Part shown: in pieces, positions 57,674 to 64,000 of the stretch
Layout of the letters: the number at the start of each line of letters is the position of its first letter
Position numbering within the stretch: the stretch's first letter is position 1
IMG/VR virus record: IMGVR_UViG_3300045973_000445
Span: 1-64,000 of that record
Length of the DNA stretch: 64,000 nt
Direction: 5' to 3' (one strand)
Source of the DNA: a virus
Made by a program: the position numbers and the translations under genes
Notes under the pieces: model-generated
Told to the model about the DNA's origin: nothing
The model's input: only the letters and a program-made list of their open reading frames with translations
Database searches by the model: none

Positions 57674-58507
57674 TTAATTTTTTAGTTTATTATGCAACCC
57701 CTTCTGAATCGCCTTCTTTGTATCCTTTGTGAAGTTGTCCCAGTTGTCCGCAGCCCAGTTTACACTGGCTATCGGAATAGTTAAGATTTTTAAATCAGGA
57801 TCCAATGATTCTGTTTTAAGAGCTGCCCCACTTGTTAAATCCCCTACAAGCCCCTGTCCTGTTTCAGCACCAGCACTCATTGCCTTGGTAATTGTGAAGT
57901 CCTTGTTCAAAGTAAATTCACAGTCTCCCAACATCCCTTTAAAAAGATAATCCACGTTTGCAGGGATGTCATAATCAAGACTTTCCTGAACCGTACTCAT
58001 ACCTCCCTTACATATATCAGCATATGTCTGACCATTTTTTGGCATGAACGTTAATGCCATATGGGTGATCATTGCTTTAGTGATATGATTCTTGTTATGA
58101 GGATCCAATTGTAAAGGAACACCCTCAATAGACCAAGCTAACTTTCTGTCACTTCCTGATTCCTTCATGATATGCACAGTATCCCAAAGATCACGAGCCA
58201 ATGGCGACTTCTCCCACAATCTAGCTTTTACAAAAAGTTTATTGTCCTTAATCTCAGCCATTACAGGTTCTCCTACGAATGCCTTTGGTGATTTCTTTGC
58301 CCCGTGTTCGTAGTTCACAAGTCCTTTGCTTTTGAATACACTCAGCTCAAATCCACTAGGTTCTAGTGATTGCTCATCTGTATCATATGCATTAGTTGAA
58401 GCACATCCCTGAAGATACATATTTTTATATCTGTTCTCTCCTGTTTGTTCTCCTGCTTTTTCTAATCCATCTACAGGCACAAAGAAATTAAAATGTTCGT
58501 TTTTCAT
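57674..58507 (-). CDS. prohead protease
   Basis: GCAST...DTDEQ, VNYEH (His), AWSIEG (Ser), ALTFMPKN. Confidence 0.88.
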   Translation of the reverse strand: MKNEHFNFFVPVDGLEKAGEQTGENRYKNMYLQGCASTNAYDTDEQSLEPSGFELSVFKSKGLVNYEHGAKKSPKAFVGEPVMAEIKDNKLFVKARLWEKSPLARDLWDTVHIMKESGSDRKLAWSIEGVPLQLDPHNKNHITKAMITHMALTFMPKNGQTYADICKGGMSTVQESLDYDIPANVDYLFKGMLGDCEFTLNKDFTITKAMSAGAETGQGLVGDLTSGAALKTESLDPDLKILTIPIASVNWAADNWDNFTKDTKKAIQKGLHNKLKN

Positions 58508-58512
58508 ATCTT

Positions 58513-61500
58513 TTATTTTAATTCAGTTACTTTTGCTTTCATCTTTCCAATCTCTTTCTCTAAACTCTTTACATTCTCTTCTTTTGATTTGATCTTAAGC
58601 TGCTTAAAAGAGTCCAACGTTTGTTGTCTGTATTTTAATTTTGATGCATCATACGTCTCTTTACTATTATTAAAATTAACAGCTGCCCCTCGACTTACGA
58701 TTTCGTCCCAGTCAACATTAAGACGCATATAATTCTCACTCTGTTGTAAGATTTCATCATCTGTTAATTTCTTAGCTGTTTCGACTTCTTGTTTATACAA
58801 CACAACCCGTTTTGTGTAAGATTCGATTTCTTTATTGAGTTTTTGTACTTTAGTTAACTTTTGGATCTTTTCTTTAATCTTATCCGCTTCCTCTGTGTTG
58901 TTTGTTTTTGGTAATCTTGTATTTGTTAGATAACGGAAATGCAACTGTTGTATATTATATCCACCAGCATATATAACTTCTGTATGAAAATGATACCTTT
59001 GTCCATCTCTATTTATGGACGCTTCAACTACAAAAGAACCGTTATTACCAACCCTCGAACTTAAATCGCTTAAAACATCTGTAGGTTTAGTATATACATT
59101 AATAGCTTTAACTAAATTCCAAACTAATGACAATCTAGTCAATTCTTTATCATACTTACCCATTTGAGATCTGTCATGTTCCTTAGCGTAGGCATCTTCA
59201 TATAATTTAGCAATACGTTCTATTTCCGGATCCATCACAGCAAGGATCGACTCAGTTAAAGTATTAGATTTTTGTTGATTAGTATTACCCCTCTCCATAC
59301 CATAATGCTGACCAACTCTACCTAATTTACGATTCTCATCATCATTCACATAAACACCTTTCTCAAACACATCCTCCATCGCCTTCTGAAGTTCAGGAGA
59401 CCCACAAATATCTGACATCGTCTTGAGCACCCCGTGATTATCCAGGATAACATCCATCGGGATCAAAGCATCTCTGTAAATAAGCCCATTCACACGCACC
59501 GCAGGTGCTATCTGCTTTGGTACAAAGTCATCCGCATGTTGTGTGTAAACACAATCAGCTATTTCAGTATCCTTCATCCCCTTCCCTCGCAAAGCATAGT
59601 ACTGCTCCTTTGTTATCTCGATGCAAGGCACTAGCTGTTTATTCATCTTAGCCACCTCCAGCCTCACCCCTCCATCAATAACCAATCGGTTCATCCCATC
59701 CTTTACAGCAACCACGGGAGGCATCGAGTGAATCGAGTAATCCTTTCTTAACTTAATTGTAGGCTTGTGTAGCTTTACCTTCTCCTCCTGACTGATTCCC
59801 ATAGTCCACGGAGAATTCAAAGTAATACTATGCTCATCTCCTCTCTCAGAAAGCCCTCGCTCAACCTCTTTATACTGACTCCAATGATCCAAACTCATCT
59901 TATCAACCCTATGTGGGAGCATCTTAGATATAGGCTGTTCCGAGGATACACTCTTTGCCGTGATCCTACTATGTACGTTCAATACTGTTCTGTCATTCGT
60001 TTTGAAGTACTTGTCAAAATGCTCTTTATTCAGATTGTAAAAGGAATAATACTCCGCAAACGCTTCACTGGGTGATTTATGCGAGTAATCCGTTATCAAA
60101 GTAACTGATGCATTCGATCCCCCTCTTGGTATATTCTTTTGATCGCCTGTAGCGGATAAACCTCTTCTCAGCTCTTCCTGCTGATACGACCATCCACATT
60201 CAACAGTAAACTTCTTATAATCATACGTGGCTTTTCCACCTATCTTTTTATCTACGGCATGTCCTATTTCATGTAGCATGACCGATTTGAACTCTGTAGG
60301 CTTGCCTAAGACACCCCAGTCGGCTGCTCGCTCCACGCACTTGGCACTCAGATTGATTCGTTTTTCATTCGCACTGTACCAAGCATATCCTCCATGATCG
60401 CCCCCAGAGTAATCCTTATTTGTAATCAGGTTCAGCTCATCGTTTGTTTTGAAATGCCCGTCTGGAAGTTCATTTATGATATTCTCCAAGTTCTGAATCG
60501 CTGGCAGATGATCCATCGTCCAATCTCCCTCTACTGATTTATTGTAATGCTTCATAAACCGTAGGTAAATCAGATCTTTGAACCCACCCCCAAACTCATC
60601 ATAGTCCTTTGATAACTTAACACCTCCCGACTTCAGTCGTTCAATCAAATTCAGTTCAAGACCATCATCTCTTTTGTAAGTAAGCTCATCATGTGTAGTT
60701 TCATTATCATCCACAGCCTTAATTGTCTTCCAAAATAAACGTACTCGATGTGTTCCTGACCAATCTGTTATTATTGTAATCTCCTTTCCTACATACTTTT
60801 CCAGAAAACTATAGTCCTGATTCTTTGCCTTTGCATAAATCTTAGAATAAAACTCATCCGGAGTCATATCGATAGTCACTCCGTACATCTTCATCTGCTC
60901 GTCCAAAGAATCCTGAGTGATTCGATCCGAATACTTCTTAACATACTCATCGAACTTCTTCTGAGCATAGTCCTTGCACGATTCCCGTACTCCCCAGTTG
61001 TCTTGGAACGCCCCCTCAATCATATCTACGGCATCAAACTTAGTCATTCTTTTCTCTGACATCAGCTTATACTCCTCTGGCAAAGAATCTGCCAGTTTCT
61101 TAAACTCATCATAGATTGCTTTCTTTTCAGGATCCTTAAAATCCAACCCCTCTTTTACCTGATCCCGTGTGCGCTTTACAATATCCAGTAGCTGTAATGC
61201 CTTCTCCTCATTTATAATATCTGGATCAGATTTAAAATCAGCTCGTACCTGTTTGCGTATTTCTTTTTTTGTTTCATCTGAAAGTTTATCAAGAACACGA
61301 TCACCACCAGCATCCTTATTAGCATCATTTAATGCATTAGCAATAGCCTCGGAAAGATTCATGTCATTCTTCATAAATAGTTCAGAGAATTTATTTCTGA
61401 AAGCATACCTACCTGCACCATACCATCCTTCAGATTTTTTAAATTCATCTGAATTAAAGAAATTCCCCCCTTCAGCTTCTCCAAATAAATTAATCTCATG

Positions 61501-61707
61501 GTCAAGGCACTTCTCACCATTGATAGGAACTTTGCAACCTATAATCTCCCGTGCAGTAGCATCTGCCTCTCTACCAATCTGATCAAAGCGAGCGTTTGTC
61601 TTGACAGGAATCCAGCCTGAACTATAGGGGGGAAGAGGATCATGGGCTTTTATCATCGGCCCCTGAGCCCATTCATGAATCACGCCCACAGGACAGACTT
61701 TTCCCAT
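58513..61707 (-). CDS. large polyvalent head-associated protein: zincin metallopeptidase + ParB-like domain
   Basis: MLHEIGHAVD...ITDYS..SPSEAFAEYY; PPVVAVKDG..LVIDGGVRLEVAK. Confidence 0.75.
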   Translation of the reverse strand: MGKVCPVGVIHEWAQGPMIKAHDPLPPYSSGWIPVKTNARFDQIGREADATAREIIGCKVPINGEKCLDHEINLFGEAEGGNFFNSDEFKKSEGWYGAGRYAFRNKFSELFMKNDMNLSEAIANALNDANKDAGGDRVLDKLSDETKKEIRKQVRADFKSDPDIINEEKALQLLDIVKRTRDQVKEGLDFKDPEKKAIYDEFKKLADSLPEEYKLMSEKRMTKFDAVDMIEGAFQDNWGVRESCKDYAQKKFDEYVKKYSDRITQDSLDEQMKMYGVTIDMTPDEFYSKIYAKAKNQDYSFLEKYVGKEITIITDWSGTHRVRLFWKTIKAVDDNETTHDELTYKRDDGLELNLIERLKSGGVKLSKDYDEFGGGFKDLIYLRFMKHYNKSVEGDWTMDHLPAIQNLENIINELPDGHFKTNDELNLITNKDYSGGDHGGYAWYSANEKRINLSAKCVERAADWGVLGKPTEFKSVMLHEIGHAVDKKIGGKATYDYKKFTVECGWSYQQEELRRGLSATGDQKNIPRGGSNASVTLITDYSHKSPSEAFAEYYSFYNLNKEHFDKYFKTNDRTVLNVHSRITAKSVSSEQPISKMLPHRVDKMSLDHWSQYKEVERGLSERGDEHSITLNSPWTMGISQEEKVKLHKPTIKLRKDYSIHSMPPVVAVKDGMNRLVIDGGVRLEVAKMNKQLVPCIEITKEQYYALRGKGMKDTEIADCVYTQHADDFVPKQIAPAVRVNGLIYRDALIPMDVILDNHGVLKTMSDICGSPELQKAMEDVFEKGVYVNDDENRKLGRVGQHYGMERGNTNQQKSNTLTESILAVMDPEIERIAKLYEDAYAKEHDRSQMGKYDKELTRLSLVWNLVKAINVYTKPTDVLSDLSSRVGNNGSFVVEASINRDGQRYHFHTEVIYAGGYNIQQLHFRYLTNTRLPKTNNTEEADKIKEKIQKLTKVQKLNKEIESYTKRVVLYKQEVETAKKLTDDEILQQSENYMRLNVDWDEIVSRGAAVNFNNSKETYDASKLKYRQQTLDSFKQLKIKSKEENVKSLEKEIGKMKAKVTELK

Positions 61708-61865
61708 TAGATTAGAACTTCTTTTCTTTTGTTTATTTCAGTAGCCAACTCATCGGCAAAAGGACTGTCGATATCGATATACACCTCATTCTTCAGTAAT
61801 GATTCCAATCGCTCTATTGAGAGTTGCTCTAAATCAATCTCTTTGATTTTACTAATGTTAGCCAT
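61707..61865 (-). CDS. small hypothetical protein (52 aa, not in track)
   Basis: MANISKIKEIDLEQ...KRKEVLI; fills the gap exactly; TAATG overlap with 61707. Confidence 0.65.
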   Translation of the reverse strand: MANISKIKEIDLEQLSIERLESLLKNEVYIDIDSPFADELATEINKRKEVLI

Positions 61866-61866
61866 A

Positions 61867-63999
61867 TTATTTACTTTTACTTCTCATCATTTCATCAAAA
61901 GCACCTATTACACTATCAAAGTTAGATACTATCTTTCTCTTGATCCTATCTGTATCCAATCCCTGATTTAAAGCTCTGTTGGCTATAACCACTGCCGTGT
62001 AGTATGTTCTGGTATTCAGATCGTTTCCTAGCTTATCCTTATTCTCTTTGATCATTTCATAAGCCAAATCACGTGCTTCTTGAGTTACAGGGATAATAGT
62101 TGTTTTATCAGCTGAATAAATATCTATTTTATCTTTAATCATACCTAGCTTTAAGACAGTCTCATCTACTGTCATGGTGAGATTACTACAAAGAGCTCTA
62201 GACTTAACTGCCTGTGCTATATCCTTCGTGGTTAAGTTTGTAATTGCAATAACCCGTCCTTTAAATGAGAATACATCTGGTATTTTTCCAGATTCCTTAT
62301 CTCCCTCAATTATATAAGCATTCCTTCCTGTTTTGTTATCTATCTGAGAATCTTCTCCGGAATCCAAACCAGATTTTAAAAATCCCTGCACGTCTTCCGT
62401 TATCAAAAACGAATCACAGTCATCAAAAATGATTAACTTATCCCGATGCCGAAACATCTCTGCGTAAACCTGAACAGGAGATATCCTACCCTTTATAACC
62501 ACATAATCATACTGATCTTTATTAGGTTGAATCTCAGCATCAAATCTCCTGAGATTCATTTCTTTTAGTAATCTATTTAGCTCAAAGGTTTTCCCAACCC
62601 CGCCTGTACCATATGCTATTGCAAACTTAGCTCCAGCATCCCCCTCAATAACCATCTGAAGGCTGTCCTTGTAATCATCCCACAACTCTTGTATATCTTC
62701 TGGTTTACGAGTAAGCATCTTGTTTTGCTCTTTAGCTTCTGGAGTATCGTTGTTGGCCTGTTCCTTCCGAATCTCGGTCTTTATCGTTTCGGACTGATCT
62801 GGCAGATCTTTGAGATTGATATCGGCCTGCTTGATATATCGCTGTGGATAGGTCTCCCCTGTGAGAAGTGTCAGAACTTTAGGATCGTATATCCCCATGT
62901 TGATTAAGCTGTAGACCTTCTCATTCTTCTTCATCGATCCTCCAGCTATAGCTGCCACTGCATCTTCAAAGGTTTGCCCTTCGACCTTTTCCGTTTCCTT
63001 TGTATCTGCAAACTTCTCCGACTCGCCTGTTGCTGGGTTCACCCAGCGAATAGCGTAGTGAATCTGGCCAGACTTGGCTTTAATTTGGACTTTCTTTGGG
63101 ATCAGGTGTCCTAGTGCTCTTGCCTTCTCAAACTCGGCAAACTCGCTCTTTTCGATGGTTTTCAGCTTGCTGTAGTATTTTGGATTTTCCCACAAGTGAT
63201 CCCTTGTTATCTCACTTCTTTCTTCGGCATCAGTAGTATGTTCTCTCTCTTCCGTTACACCAATCTGCCATTCCTTTGTAAGCTCTTCAAGGCTGATTTT
63301 ATGTTTCTTAGCGATGTCCTCAAGAGTCTTCCCATCGGCACGACCTCCCTGAAGTTTCTCTTCTTTTTCAAAATCAGGGGGCTGCATCTTCTGTGCTTTC
63401 ATAAACCCACCCTCAACCATCTTCCCGATAATCTTCTCATCCGATAGAGATATCACTTTCTCATTCTTGACCAGTCCTTCGGCCACAGCCTTCTTAATAC
63501 TTACCACCTCTTCAATACCAAGAATCTTATAGACGTTATCCCACATATTTATAAATTGAGTAGGATAACTATAAAGATCTTTAACTGAAATAAAAGCAGT
63601 AGCCCGTGTTTCATCAACATCCACTACAGGAGACTGCTCCCTATCATCAATCATCGACATAAAATAATCTATGTGAATCTTATCTTCCTCAAACTCACCT
63701 ACCCACCTACAATCATCTACTTCAAAGCCTGTTTCCTCCAATAACTCCCTCCTTGCTGCCACTTTTATATCCTCTCCCAAATCCACATGTCCTCCAGGAA
63801 GAACCCATAAATTTGTACCCTTTTCTGCACCACCAAGAGGCTGACGCTGCACAATCAAAATCTCCCCGTTCTGATTAAACACAATGTTATCAGAATACCT
63901 AACTTTGTCCTTTGTAATGGCCTTGATCAACATATCACACTCATCCAAAGCCAGCTCATTATTCCGATAAGATAAGAGGGTGTTTTCTATAAAGTCATT
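61867..63999 (-). CDS. 5'-truncated multidomain protein: NUDIX hydrolase + DUF5661-like + AAA ATPase
   Basis: NUDIX box GHVDLGEDIKVAARRELLEETG; EREHT...DHLWENPKYYSKL; Walker A GTGGVGKT, Walker B IIFDDCD; frame stays open to the window edge. Confidence 0.85.
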   Translation of the reverse strand, partial: NDFIENTLLSYRNNELALDECDMLIKAITKDKVRYSDNIVFNQNGEILIVQRQPLGGAEKGTNLWVLPGGHVDLGEDIKVAARRELLEETGFEVDDCRWVGEFEEDKIHIDYFMSMIDDREQSPVVDVDETRATAFISVKDLYSYPTQFINMWDNVYKILGIEEVVSIKKAVAEGLVKNEKVISLSDEKIIGKMVEGGFMKAQKMQPPDFEKEEKLQGGRADGKTLEDIAKKHKISLEELTKEWQIGVTEEREHTTDAEERSEITRDHLWENPKYYSKLKTIEKSEFAEFEKARALGHLIPKKVQIKAKSGQIHYAIRWVNPATGESEKFADTKETEKVEGQTFEDAVAAIAGGSMKKNEKVYSLINMGIYDPKVLTLLTGETYPQRYIKQADINLKDLPDQSETIKTEIRKEQANNDTPEAKEQNKMLTRKPEDIQELWDDYKDSLQMVIEGDAGAKFAIAYGTGGVGKTFELNRLLKEMNLRRFDAEIQPNKDQYDYVVIKGRISPVQVYAEMFRHRDKLIIFDDCDSFLITEDVQGFLKSGLDSGEDSQIDNKTGRNAYIIEGDKESGKIPDVFSFKGRVIAITNLTTKDIAQAVKSRALCSNLTMTVDETVLKLGMIKDKIDIYSADKTTIIPVTQEARDLAYEMIKENKDKLGNDLNTRTYYTAVVIANRALNQGLDTDRIKRKIVSNFDSVIGAFDEMMRSKSK

Positions 64000-64000
64000 C

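Noticed and set aside
1-64000. tRNA, rRNA, integrase and portal genes
   Set aside because: None recognised; intergenic gaps are short and show no cloverleaf. tRNAscan-SE/ARAGORN would be needed to exclude tRNAs formally.

Overview
64 kb of a large contractile-tailed (myovirus-like) dsDNA phage genome, made of two convergent arms. The + strand arm (1-25.5 kb) is a replication/recombination module: primase, a lambda O-like initiator with internal iterons, DnaB helicase, two DNA methyltransferases, beta clamp and DnaX-like loader, a family A polymerase split into a UDG-like/3'-5' exonuclease gene and an intein-containing polymerase gene, RNase H, UvsY-like mediator, SSB, RecA, RuvC-like resolvase, Mre11/SbcD and a Rad50/SbcC split at its zinc hook. 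The - strand arm (25.5-64 kb) is a Twort/SPO1-style morphogenesis module: large multidomain head-associated proteins (NUDIX+AAA; zincin+ParB-like), prohead protease, scaffold, major capsid, neck proteins, sheath, tube, chaperones, tape measure, baseplate, C-type-lectin-fold fibres and terminase. TAnnTTTG promoter boxes point to a Bacteroidota host (inference). Most unusual observations: (1) a transposase-less TnpB element sits exactly at an ATGA gene overlap in the baseplate operon; its predicted guide matches the reconstructed empty allele, and its antisense strand is a 372-codon open frame ending at the original overlap; (2) a short YYGxxIGx(D/E)L(I/L) peptide is shared by four unrelated tail proteins; (3) head proteins share recurring hydrophobic-x-K-(S/A/G) sites and small leader modules; (4) a circularly permuted DUF1566-like lectin domain is nested inside a Fib_succ_major domain; (5) a structured leader RNA with a leader peptide precedes the initiator module. 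All assignments come from manual motif reading; no searches were run.
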